Of a DNA stretch of 64,000 nucleotides, positions 1-12,515 are shown in pieces. The position numbers were made by a program, and so were the translations under genes. How positions within the stretch are numbered: position 1 is the first letter of the stretch; each line of letters opens with the position of its first letter. Source of the stretch: Ginglymostoma cirratum (lineage: Eukaryota); assembly GCA_024137785.1 (NCBI GenBank), contig JAHRHZ010000048.1, forward strand, positions 10,386,168 to 10,450,167, given 5' to 3'. The notes beneath the pieces are model-generated. The model searched no databases. It was not told the DNA's origin and saw nothing but the letters and a program-made list of their open reading frames with translations.

Positions 1-469
1 CAACCTGACAAAATATCTATGCATGTCCAATTTTGGCATCCCTGGTTTTACTCTTTTTTTCCCTTTAAGATGATTGATAAACCTTATGAACTTGACTATA
101 TATAGTCATTTTCTCAAAGTTCTTCTTAAGTTGTTTAGTGTCAAACATTGTTTGATACATTCCTCTGAAGTGCCATGGGACATAAGACACTCTATAGAAA
201 CAGGATGTTGTGATTGTGCTTTTCAAATTTAATATAGATGCAGAAGCATTGAAACCAAGAAGAATAGATAAGTAGAGTAAACTCCTCCACTAGTGGAGAT
301 ATGCTTGTTGATGTGACCATGGTGAATAGAAAGGCAATTTGTGTGTTATTTTGATCTTGTTGTACAAAATTTCAAAAATCTTCTTTCAGCCTTTCTGACA
401 GCTATATAACTTGAAACCCATTTGTCTGTGACCATTCAGTTAACAGTGTTTGCTCATTTGAGCGCAGCT

Positions 470-1090
470 ACTGGCATTCCCATAGGCATATTTCTCTAGC
501 TCTGGCTAAGGAGCTGGAGGAGGATCATTAAGACATGTTAGACAGATGCAGCTGGGCCTTCGATACAGTCTTCAAACATATCTTTATAATCACCACTCAA
601 GTGTACAGGCCAAGGGTTTCATATCTGGATCTGTCAGCTGTTGTCTACCTCCATTGATGAAGTTTCCCAAAGGACTCCACGACAGATTTTTATATATTAC
701 GACATCCAAACTTGGAAACTATTTCAAACGCAGGCATGGATTAGCCATTGCTGGTTAACCCTTCATGAGGACTCAAAGGACAAATATTTGAGGACACTAC
801 AATATATCCTGCACCTAAGACAAGGCTAGAGGGGAAATGTAATTACAGCACATTGCAATCAGGGTCATTGTGGACTGTACTGCTCATGCTCTAAAACACA
901 GAGACTCACTCCTCCAACCAAAGGCATTTCCTGCACACATGGTCATCCAGACTGCCAGGAGTGTCAGCTTTTCCCATTAAGTGCAGGGTATGCATATCCT
1001 GGTTTGAATCCTTAACTACCTATTTTATGGACCCATTCAACTTAGGTATAGACTGGAAAAATCTTGTCTGTGTTTACACCAGATGAACAA
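470..1090 (+). mobile_element. Possible very decayed LTR-retrotransposon pol remnant (RNase H/integrase-like)
   Basis: Fragmentary translations 'MKFPKGLHDRFLYITT', 'CQECQ' and 'WFESLTTYFMDPF...LVCVY' loosely follow Gypsy RNase H, zinc-finger and integrase-core order. Many stops and frameshifts. Confidence 0.25.
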
Positions 1091-2161
1091 CTAGAAACCC
1101 TAATTCTAACAAGCAAAACAAAATCAGTTTCGAAGTTCTGATTATTTTTGTAAAGTTTTTAAGCTGCACCTACTGCCTTAAGTTAAATTGTTATCCAGTC
1201 ATAAGAGACAAGACAGGAGTATCCATTAGTTACCAATCTGCTGTCCTGTGATGCAACAGTTGCATTTTGTTGAAACAGCTCCACTGCTGATGTGTCTGTT
1301 TCTGGGCCCTCTGTAATCTCATTATTCCTTTTAACCTCACTGTCACTGCTGTCAAGTCCTGCTCACCTCCTTTGCCAGTTTCTCTGTTTCTGTGACCTCG
1401 CCACTCTCATTGCTCCTTTTAAACTCAAAGCTGTAACTCCCACTGCTGGTGTACCTGTCTGCTTCTAGGACAGTTCCACTTTCCACTTTCACTTTCCTTT
1501 TAAACTCTCTGCAGGTGCCCCTGAGACCCGTACAGCTTCACGGTCCTCTTACCCACTGAGGGTCCAGTGACTGTCTCCAGGTCCCCTCTGTCTTGCTTGT
1601 TTAGGTGCTAGTGACTGTATCTGAGCTATACTGTCTCGCTCATTTAGGGACTTGTGACTGGTGTTGGATTCTCGTCTCTCCCCTCATTCTTGCTCACCCT
1701 TGACACATTCCCCATAACGCAGTAATGTTGTATTCTTGCACAGATCTCAGAAAGACACTCCAACTTTGAGACAGGTAAATGTCATCATAGCACGCGATGC
1801 TCTAGTAGGAAAGATCATCAACTTACTCACTGTGCATTCAGTTAGCATTCAGTGAGTTGGTCTGCTCACAAGTAACCAGTCTGTCTGCTAGACAATCTGT
1901 CAGTCAGCTATATATATGTATTTATATCTCGTAAAAGTAATCCAAAAAAGCATATAACCTAGACCGTATATATAATTTGAGATGTCATAGTATTGTACAT
2001 AGTTAGTGGTTAATAAACTTCCGGGTATCTGACCCACTAAGAATATAACTCTGTGATCTCTGTTGACTGGGTTATCATATTAACAACCACAAGCTCATTA
2101 TGGTGATACTGGAGGCAGCAAGTAGGTACTGGAAGTTGGCGACAACAGTTTGTAATGAAAC

Positions 2162-2358
2162 GATCAGAGGTAGATAGAATGGATAGCAAGAGACTTTTTC
2201 CTAGGGTGGAGGTAGCTATTACAAGGGGGCATAGTTTTAAAGTGAGTGGAGGTAGATATAGGGGAGACGTCAGAGGTAGGTTCTTCACTCAGAGAGTGGT
2301 AGGGGCGTGGAATGCATAGCTGGAGAGGGTAGTGGAATCGGTCTCATTAGGAATATTT
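2162..2358 (+). mobile_element. CR1 LINE ORF2 3' fragment, inverted copy of 3651-3848
   Basis: Reverse complement of 3651-3848 with about 7 substitutions and one 2-bp indel. Encodes ...RLFPRVEVAITRGHSFKVSGGRYRGDVRGRFFTQRVV. Confidence 0.9.
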
Positions 2359-3456
2359 GTAATATTCTGTATTATCCTGTAATAAAGACAGTCTCAGCAA
2401 TGACATTTGTGAAATATTACTTTCCTAACAATTACCCATCATATGTCCAAGTTCAAGCTCATAATTAACAACAAAGAAGACTATGACTTCAGCACTGAAG
2501 TGCAGCAACCTCAGCAAAGGACCAACAGTGAGTAATCTCCCTTTCTTTACCTAAAAGTATACCACGGCTTTTCCAATGTAATAAACACCAGTTTCTAAAG
2601 GACCAAAAGGCCTGGTGTTTATTAGGAGAAAGAATCTAAAGGTGCTGAAGGATAACTCTAAATGAAAAATGACACTGTTTAAAAAATTTATGTATTGGTT
2701 TTGCCATCTATTCAAAACTGCTATGAAAATTTAAAAAGTGCACGTGGCATCACTGCTCCCAGGACAAAAAAACTTCTTGGTCATTAATTTACATAGGCAG
2801 TCGGTCATAAATTTGGAAAATTTGGGTGAGATGTTGAATGAAGCTCATTTTTGATGTTAAAAACAAAAGATTGCATCTTCCAATCAGGTCCTGGATGTTG
2901 AGTCAAGATTCACCCTAGTGAGCAGCATAATGTCCACTAGCAAGGATTGTCACTCATTAGCTCCCTCATTACTATCTAATCGTGCCCTATTAATATTCAG
3001 GCTCCCATTCTCCTACCCACCAGATAGAAACTAGATGCTGAGAATTACCAACATGTCTGTTAGCAGGACCCTGGCGATTCCAGCTCATTGCTTCCTGTTA
3101 GAGACTTCCATCTCGAAAACCTGACACCAATATCCCAGGGTACATTGCATGAGCTGCAGTTAAAGTTAGGATTCAGCCTGTACCAGCCTCGCCATGGATC
3201 TGATCCATTTATAATACGCTTGTGTACTTTAACTCTGCACATTGGAAGGAACCAACACCATGCATTTCGAGAATATTGCAAATGACACAATGCACAGGGA
3301 CAGCGACAGAACTGATAGACTGGACCAGGGATCATCTCAAGGCTGCTCGTTTGCTCACTTAGCGTCTACACACTTTATGCCCACTTGGATGCTCACATGA
3401 GTCCTACTTTGCCTTACCTTTTTCACTTTGCTCCCTCAATCAAAGGTTAAAGCATG

Positions 3457-3548
3457 TCTGAGATAACAAGGTGTAAAGCTGGATGAACACAGCAGACCAA
3501 GCAACATCAGAGGAGCAGGAAAGCTGACATTTCAGGTCTAGACCCTTC
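3457..3548 (-). mobile_element. Penelope-like element (PLE) 3' terminal fragment, family A
   Basis: gataacaaggtgtaaagctggatgaacacagcag...gacccttc matches the outer ends of the GIY-YIG palindrome at 21861-23125. Confidence 0.85.
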
Positions 3549-6545
3549 AGCCCACGATGTTGTGCCAAACCTTTACCCTAAACCTAAGGTCTATCTAACC
3601 TCCACCCCTACCTTATACTATCATCCATATGCCTATCTAATAGCTGCTTAAATACTCCTAATGAGGCCGACTCCACTACCCTCTCCAGCTATGCATTGCA
3701 CGCCCCTACCACTCTCTGAGTAAAGAACCTACCTCTGACGTCTCCCCTATATCTACCTCCACTCACTTTAAAACTATGCCCCCTTGTAATAGCTACCTCC
3801 ACCCGAGGAAAAAGTCTCTCGCTATCCATTCTATCTGTACCTCTGATCATTTTGTACACCTCTATCAAGTCACCTCTCATCCTTCTAAAGAGAGAAGCCC
3901 TAGCTCTCTCAACATTTCCTCGTAAGACCTTCCCTCCATTCCAGGCAACATCCTGGTAAATCTCCTCTGCAGCTTTTCCAATGCTTTCACTCTTTCCTGT
4001 AATGAGGTGACCGGAACTGGACGCAATACTCCAGATGTGGCCAAACCAGGGTTTTGAGTAGCTGGAGCATAACTTTACAGCTCTTGAACTTAATCCCTCT
4101 ATTACTGAAAGCTAACAGACCATACGCCTTCTTAAAAACTCTATCCACCTGGGTGGCAGCTTTCAGGGAACTGTGGACAGGAACCCCGAGATCCCTCTTC
4201 TCCTCATCATTGCCAAGAATCTTTCCGTTAACCCCGGTAATCTGCTTTCAAATTTGTCCTTCCAAAATGAATCACCTCACACTTTTCAGGGTTAAACTCC
4301 ATCTGCCACTTCTCAGCCCAGCTCTGCATCCTATCAATGCCCCTTTGTAACCTAGAACAACCCTCCGCACTATCCACAACTCGACCCACCTTCGTATTGT
4401 CCGCAAACTTTCTAATCCACCCTTCCACTTCTACATCCAAATCATTTACAAAAATCACAAATAGAAGAGGACCCAGACAGATCCTTGTGGTACACCACTC
4501 GTAACTGAGCACCATGTTGAATATTTTCCGTCCACTACCACCCTTTGTCTTCTAAGGGTCAGCCAATTCTGAATTCAGTCTGCCGCATTTCCCCCTATCC
4601 CATGCCTCCTTACCTTCTGCATGAGCCTACCATGGAGAACCTTATCACACACCTTACTTAAATCCATGTATACTACGTCCATTGCTCTACCTTCATCCAT
4701 GTGTTTGGTCACCTCTCCAAAGAATTCAGTAAGGTTTGTGAGGCATGATCTACCCCTCACAGATCCATGCTGACTATCATGAATCAAACTGTGCCTATCA
4801 AACTGATCATAAATCCTATCTCTCAGAGCCCTTTCCAATAATTTGCCCATCATTGATGTAAGACTAACTGGCCTGTAACTTCCAGGGTTATCCCTATTCC
4901 CTTTTTTGAACAAGGGAATGACGTTTGCCTCTCTCCAATCTTCCGACACTATACTGTGGACAGTGAGGGTGACAAGATCAACTCCAAAGGCCCTGCAATC
5001 TCTTCCCTCGCTTCCCATAGAATCCTTGGGTAAATCCCATCAGGCCTGGGGGACTTATCTATCTTCAAGTTCCTCAAAATTCCTAGTACATCTTCCTTAC
5101 TAACATTCACCTCCTCTAGCCTACCAGCCTGTTTCACACTGTCGTCCCCTACAACTAGGACCCTCTCAGATGTGAATACCGAAGAAAAGTATTCATTAAG
5201 GACCCCTCCTATCTCTTTAGACTCTGTCCACAAATTCCCTTTACAATCCTTGATTGGCCCTACCCTTTCTCTGGTCATTCTCTTATTCCTCACGTACGTG
5301 TAAAAAGCCTGGGGGGTTTCCTTGGTCCTATCTGCCAAGGTTTTCTCATGCCCCCTTATAGCTCTCCTAAGCACTTTCTTCAGTTCCTTCCTGGCTAACT
5401 TGTATACCTCTAAAGCCTTTTCTGATCCTTGTTTCCTAAACCTTATATAAGCATCCTTCTTCCTCTTAACTAGTCATTCGACTTCTCTTGAAAACCAAGG
5501 CTCCCTCACTCAATTGTATCTTCCCTGCCTGCTAGTGACAAACATATTGAGCACACACAGTATGCATTCTTTAAACAATCTCCACATTTCTATAGTGCTC
5601 TTCCCTGACAGCATCTGGTTCCATTTTATGTTACCCAGTTCTTACTTAACAGAATTATAATTACCCTTCCACCAATTATAAAATTTACCCTGCTGTAAGT
5701 ACCTATCCTTTTCCTTGACTATTGTAAAAGTAGCAGAGTTATGATCGCTACTGCCAAAATGCTCTCCTACCAACAGGTCTGATACTTGGCCCGGTTCATT
5801 GCCAAGCACCAAATCCAAAGTAGCCTCTCCTCGTGTTGGTCTATCTACATACTGTGTCAGGAATCCTTCCTGAATGCACTGGACAAAATCCGTTCCATCT
5901 AAACTATTACAACTGAAAAGTTTCCAATCAATCTTTGGAAAGTTGAAGTCACCCATGACTACAACCCTGTGACTTCTGCACCTTTCCAGATTCTGCCTCC
6001 CAATCCGCTCCTCCACGTCTCTGCAACTATCAGGGGGTCTGCAAAAACATCCCAACAAAGTGACTGCTCCTTTTTTGTTCCTGATCTCAACCCAAATTGA
6101 CTCTGTAGACATATCATTCTTGAACTGCCTTTCAGAAGCTGCTATACTAGTCCTGACTAGCAATGCCACTCTTTTACCACCCTCCCTATTTCTTCTGAAG
6201 CATCTAAATCCCAGAACGTCCAACAACCATTCCAGTCCCTGAGTTACCCAAGTTTCCGTAATGGCCACAACAGTGTAGTTCCACGTACTGACCCATGCTC
6301 TAAGTTCATCCGCCTTATTTCTGATACTTCTAGCATTGAAGTATACACACCTCAAACCATTCTGTGTCCGCAATTTCGCTCCATCGACTGCATTTCTTTA
6401 TTAACAATCTCACTCCCTGTCGTGTCTGTTGGAAGGCTGAATACCTCATCCTCTGAATTACAAATCCAGTTCCCCACCCCCAGCTGATCTAGTTTAAAAC
6501 ATCCCATATAGCTTAAGCAAACCTTCCTCCCAGGAAATATGCCCT
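3547..6545 (-). mobile_element. CR1-clade LINE, 5'-truncated and decayed (ORF1 end, ORF2 APE endonuclease + RT, 3' UTR)
   Basis: ORF 5642..6373 has APE motifs (YFNARSI, AITETW, MGDFNFP, LDLVL, SDH). ORFs 4949..5374, 4575..5018 (PLFKKG, YRPVSLTS, SQHG, GRSCLTNL), 4228..4515 (LGPLLF, FADN for FADD, WQMEFN) and 3689..3880 (RGDLIEVYK) are collinear RT and C-terminal pieces. ORF1-type end TTAAACTAG near 6490. Broken by stops and frameshifts. Confidence 0.95.
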
Positions 6546-6606
6546 ATGCTTATGGCTGCTCTCAACGTAGTATTGCCACAAAATAGCCATGGTTTGAAGT
6601 CATTAC

Positions 6607-6783
6607 AGTGATAGTAGGAACTGCTGATACTGAAGAATCTGAGATAACAAGGTGTAGATAACAAGCATGGGGCTGGATGAACACAGCAGGCCAAGCAGCA
6701 TCACAAGGTGTAGAGCTGGATAAACACAGCAGGCCAAGCAGCATCAGAGGAGCAGGAAAGCTGACGTTTCAGGTCTAGACCCT
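6607..6783 (-). mobile_element. PLE family A terminal fragment with tail, containing a nested 44-bp insert of the same family
   Basis: Matches the reverse complement of 23000-23121. Internal direct repeat acaaggtgtaga at 6647-6658 and 6703-6714 flanks 6659-6702. Confidence 0.85.
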
Positions 6784-9489
6784 CGGTTGGTTCACAATTA
6801 ACTTTTCTGGCAGGTGCACACCACTGTCATAAAAATTCACTCCATAGAGATTCCAGTTCTCATGGGGGATTAGATTCAGTGATCTTTTTGGGCTCTCACG
6901 ACAGTGCCTGTCTTCATTATTTTGAAGTTTGATTTTTTTTTTGTTTCTTTGCCTCACTGTAATGTCCTTCTTTTACAATGAAAGTTCATCAGTTATTTTA
7001 CCCAGTACAGCAGAAACTGTGACATTTCACTGATGTTCTATATCAGATATTTATCATAGCACTGATTTTACACTTGTGCATCCATCTAACAAGACACTTG
7101 TAACTTGCCAGTTTTACAAGAAGGCTGGCCTCTTATCTCTGAGTCAGATGAATATAAGTCCCACCTCAAAGAATTAACTATTTTGGTTAGCACTAGGCGC
7201 TACTTCTGTGAATAAATTGGTTGCAATATTTCCTCAATAAAAACAGTAACTAGGATGTTGTGAAAGGTGTTGTATTCATTACCTATGTTTATATTAGACT
7301 CCACACAATGAAGGGAGTACAACTCCCCAGATCTTCTGCTTCTATTTCTATTTATTATGAGTTGGCACTTTTCCACTCTCATTAAGAAGTTCTTCATGTT
7401 ATCTTTCCTCCCCTTTTGAAATGACGTAATTAAGTTCTGTGAGATTCATCGCTCTCTGCTGCAATTGCTCTTCATTTCAAAAGGAAGGAGACAATACAGT
7501 GAACAATGTGATGACTTAGTCTAATGTTTCTGCTGTCACATCACAAGGTGAAGAATAGAGGGAGCATCAGAGGTAATCTCAGAAGTAAAGGGATGACTCT
7601 GAAATATTAACAGCCTATCTAACTTCTGTTCCATGCTGTCTGGGCTCACAGATGTTAATATGGCATGCTGTAAGGAAATTAAGACGACAATGTGTTGATA
7701 GAATCTGAGCAATTCACCCCAAGACAGTACAAATGACATCATTTCACCTCAAAGTGACATTGTAATGAATTTAGCAACAACTGAACTTTTCTGACTGAAT
7801 AAACCTTTGTCATCAATGAACTACACTGTGTCAGTGACAATAGAATGCAGCATCACCTTGATTTGATGTTATATTCGCCTCCCTTTGCCTGACATGTTGA
7901 CACCAGTTATTCTGCTTCCCTTTAGCATGTAAAAGCTGAACAACTGTGACTTTTCAAAAAAAACCAAAAACACCAATATGTTAGCCTGATTGGAACGTCA
8001 ATCTGACTAGCACAAGTTGTTCATTGTGTTTTCCAAGGAATGCAACTTTCTTGAGGGTGAAATGCTGCCTTTTAGTTATTAATAGGAAAACCTTGCCTTC
8101 ATAACAAACTTATTAAAATGAGTGTTAAATAAACTTTCAATTTCTTTCTTATTTTAATTTGTACGAGAAAACGGTTCACGTTGCACAAAGTTATATGGCA
8201 TATGTCCTGCAAAATTATAATTACTGTCTGTCACTTCAGTATGGAAAGTAATTAAATATTGGCGCAGTCTACAAATCATGTAATCTGGGTAACAAACAAC
8301 AATACTGGTTGCATATCTGAAAATGTTGCTACTGGAGAAATATAAGAATAAATGTTAGTCTATATTGATACTCCCATCTTTGATTTTCATGGATCAGCTG
8401 ATTGATATTGGGTTATTACTAGTCACAAATTCCTCCACGCGTAGTCCTTACTTTTCCATATCCTGCTGCCTCCAGCTTTGTTGCTCCCCAATGAGTATTC
8501 TCTTGTATTCCACTGGTGTCTCTTTTGTGTTCACTTTCTTCGCACAGAAAATTCCTTCTTCCCTGTGCAGCCTTCTTTTCAGGCCGACATTTAAACATAA
8601 ACAATTGTTATTCACTCCTCAAAGGAGACCCCTCACTCTCTTTGCTGACCAATTAAATGCCAGCTGGGCTTGAAGGAAAAGCACAGAGGGGCTGCCTAAC
8701 AACATAAATCAAGGACCTTGCAGGAACCTTTGCTATAAAAGCATTTATACAGACCAGAATTTATTTTCAGTCAAAATAGAGTTCTCATTAGTGTTTAGAT
8801 AAAGGCATGAAAGGCACCTTATACAATGCAGAGATTGAGTTTTTACTTTTTTTAAAGTTTCCCTATGGTTGGCATAACACAACATTCAACTTAGAACATT
8901 TATAACTACATTTAATGGACGAAAAGATACAAATTTATTTAAGAGGAATGAGAATTGACAATGTTTGTAAAATGAAAATGCAATGTTGTTCTGAAGCAGC
9001 CTTTGTCAAATTCCTATAGACTTCTTCCCAAAATGGTAAAAATCACAGTGGTTGTATTTACTCAATAATAATACTTTGTGTTTTTCTGAAATGATTAAAC
9101 CTTTCTCCTTTCCATTTCCTCCTGAAGAGTTTCAAATTGACCCAATCCTCTTCTCTGATTTTCAATTGGACTCCTCAAGATTTTGAAGCTGATTTTCTGA
9201 TGTAAACAGAACCATTATTTTCATATTCCTGAGGGGGAGAAAACGAGTAAGTATTTTTGCATGTTAAGTATTCAACCCCCAAAATTTAAGGAGGAACCAA
9301 CATGCAGCTTTATTTAAGAGGGAACTATTCTCTTCCAAGTCTGTAACAATGACACTCATATTAATGCACTAAGGTGAACTTGGTACAAGAATTTGAACTG
9401 TAGTCACTTTTGTTTAAATTGCTGATGCACTGTGATTGACTTTGACGGAACAATCTCCAAATTCGTAACAAAAAATACTTTTGTTATTA

Positions 9490-10870
9490 TAAGTGTTACG
9501 GATTTACTGATGAGATTTAAAAACATTGAGTAAATATATGCTTTGTTTTGAAGATATTGTGTATTTACATATTTTATACACACTGAGCAAACAGAAAATG
9601 TTTGCTATGTACTGGGAAACTGCAAAAATGTGTTATATACTTTGTGGATTCGCAACAGACTTTATGTACGCAGTGAGTCAGGGTGTTTTTATACACTTAG
9701 AACTTACTGACATTTTTTTATGTACCCCAGGGATTGACTTGAATCTTTTACTTGTGTTGAAGTTGGCCAGGAGTTATTTATATGCACTGAGGAAGTATAA
9801 ACATTTTTCACATGCACTGAGAACATTCTCAATGCTCATTGACGAGTTTCTGTACTTTCAGCCTGAGAATTTATGGTACATTTTATATTTCTAAGCATTT
9901 CTCAGAATATTGCATGCATACTAAGGATTTCCAACATGCTTTAGACATCAAAAGGACTTCTTATGTATTCTATACAGTGTAGATTTGCTACTGTATTTTA
10001 CATAAATTTGCACATTTTTAGACTGTTTTAAACTCCCAATATTTGCTCGTATGTTGTGTATAAACTTAACTTATAATGGAATGTTTTGTGTGTGCACTCT
10101 TTTTACTTATACATTTTATAAGAACTGAGAACACATCAAAATGCTATATGATTTATTTATATCAAAGTTTAATTACATGTTTAACATTATATGTAGATAT
10201 AAGTATATACAGTGAATAATCAATAACATTTTTGTATTATGGTAAAATATTCTGCTTTTTAATGACTTAAAGGATAAAGGATCTCCTTACCTGTTCTCTT
10301 TAAAGAAATAACTCACATATTTTGCAGGCAGCAATGACTTATAAGCATGTTTCATGTTTGCTGTAGATTTATTACCAGGTTTTATATTCACCAAAGACTG
10401 ACTAGAATACTTTATTTATACAGCAAGTTTTCTAGAATTGTTGTATAGGATAAGGATCCATTAAGTAGTTGAGGGCTTCACCTACATGTTTTATTATGCA
10501 CCAAAGGTTCACTAATGTTTTATCTGCACCAAGGATTTAAGGGCATGTTTTATATACCATGACATTTGTTAATGTGTTGCATAAACACTGAAAATTCAAT
10601 ACAAATTTTGAATAAACTGCAGATCCGCTGGCTATTCCAGTTACTTTGAAGAGCTGCTAATTTGCATCAATTACCGGTGTATCGAAGCTGCACTACCATG
10701 TCTTATCAAAGTAGAAGATTTATAAATTATTTTAATATGCTCCAAAGTTTTACTAGCAAGTTTTGTGTAAAACAACAGCTTTCCTGATATATGTGGTACA
10801 CACTTCAATTTACTCGAATTTTATTTTTGTGTACTGATTATTTATCAGCATTTTATATGCAATTAAATCT
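9490..10870. repeat. Ancient degenerate ~30-bp minisatellite
   Basis: Recurrent units resembling TGTTTTATATGCACYRAGGATTTACT, e.g. tgttttattatgcaccaaagg, tgttttatctgcaccaagg, tgttttatataccatgac at ~10487-10565 and tttatatgcactgagg, tttcacatgcactgag at ~9777-9822. Confidence 0.6.
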
Positions 10871-10909
10871 TACTATTTCAAAGTAATAAAATAGAGATAA
10901 TTTGATTTG

Positions 10910-10956
10910 TAACAGTGAATAAAATGTGCAATTTATAACAGTGAATAAAATATGCA
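10910..10956. repeat. Short tandem duplication, 26-bp period
   Basis: taacagtgaataaaatgtgca (10910) and taacagtgaataaaatatgca (10936). Confidence 0.8.
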
Positions 10957-12515
10957 CATATTGCTGCAACGATATGGTAATCTTTTCCGCAGATGCAGCT
11001 TAAAATTCTATTTGCTATAACACACAAGCGAAAGGTTCATTGTTTTACTTTACAGTCTGTATTTAGTCTGTATAATGGTTTCCCTGATAACTTGCCTTCA
11101 CTAAATGCTTGCTGTTATTAACCACTTCTGTCCCCGCTTTCTTTACTTCCAGTGTCCTTTACCATTTCCTCATACATCCAGCTGTTGCAGATTTTGCTAT
11201 TATCCCATTCCTGACTTACTTAGGGAATAGCTTTCTTTAAAGCACCTCAACATCTTTGGAGTTAGACAAAGCATGCAGGCAAAGGCGAGGAGATTTGACC
11301 ATTTCTGGTTCGTAGAGTACCATTCAAGAACACAGGCAGAGCCATTCGCAGTAATGAAAGGCTTTCATTACTTTGTAGATAATGTGAAACTTCTTTGAAG
11401 CTCAAAGCAGATGAAAGTGGATGCTTTATGGATTCATTTTTCTGGTTGATTTCGGATGAACTCCATTAAGAAGTCCTAAGATCATATAGCTTCAGTGGCA
11501 TAAAGTGCAGCCAATTTTGAAGTAAGCAGCAAAATCATGTTTAGCAAATATTGTGAGCAAGTTTTCAAGTTACATCCACTTCTTCAATACTTGTGCTAAC
11601 TTTCTGAATATGTCGCAAATGTGAGTTACTTCACTGACAAATAATATTTGGTTTCCAAGATTGTGTTTCAAAAGAAGCTCATTACAAACCAACAGCAGGA
11701 TGTGGATTAAACTATGTGTCTTTTGATCCTCTTTACCAGAATTGAGAATTTAGCCTTGAGTTAATCAAAATGGCAGCCACCCTAACATACCTTCCCCTGA
11801 ACTAACACAAGCCTAATGACAGCTGTGCTCTAGCTGGGCAAGTTCCTTTATTTCCCTTGTTCAATGCCAGAGATCCGTGAATCTTCATCACTTTATGTAT
11901 TTAACCATGGTCAGGTTTGTTTCATTATTTGCTTATTGTTACAGGCTCCCTGGGTGCTTCCCTTATTCAGAGTTAGAGCCTGTGTGTTCACTCTGGGTTA
12001 ACCTTTTTAAGTGAGGCAATCGACCACCTGCACATTGCTGAAGGCTGTGACATGCGTTGAGCTGATCAGTACACTTATTTACACACATTAGGAACACTTA
12101 CAGCTCTTGCTACTGTGTGTTTCTTTCAATTTTAGCACTGTAGTTTCATTTCAAAATGTTTAGAACTTTTCTCAATGCTATGCACTGAACAAAAGAAAAT
12201 GATACCTCACACTTGGCGATATTTAGTCATGTTTACACGTAGAATTATAAACCTGCACTGTTACACATATTTAAGCTGACATTATTGACTCTATTAAAAT
12301 GCTGGCGTTAATTTACTTAGTTGAATTGGGTTTACTCTCCCATTAAGATAATGACAAGAAGTTTGGCATGAATGAGTTACTTGCTGAAATAGCCACAGCA
12401 ATATTAATAATTTCTATCCATCTACTAGAAAAAAAGGGGAGAAAGGATTGCATTCTTGTGCTTTGGAAAAAGAAAGAAAACAAATTACCAAAACACAACA
12501 ACAAGTATTGATATA

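Noticed and set aside
5642-6373. 243-aa ORF as a host endonuclease gene
   Set aside because: It is the APE domain of the broken CR1 ORF2, collinear with RT fragments.
9526-9894. 122-aa ORF
   Set aside because: It lies in the degenerate minisatellite, starts at TTG and shows no domain features.
9490-10870. CRISPR-like periodic array
   Set aside because: No identical repeats with unique spacers, no cas genes, and a eukaryotic context.
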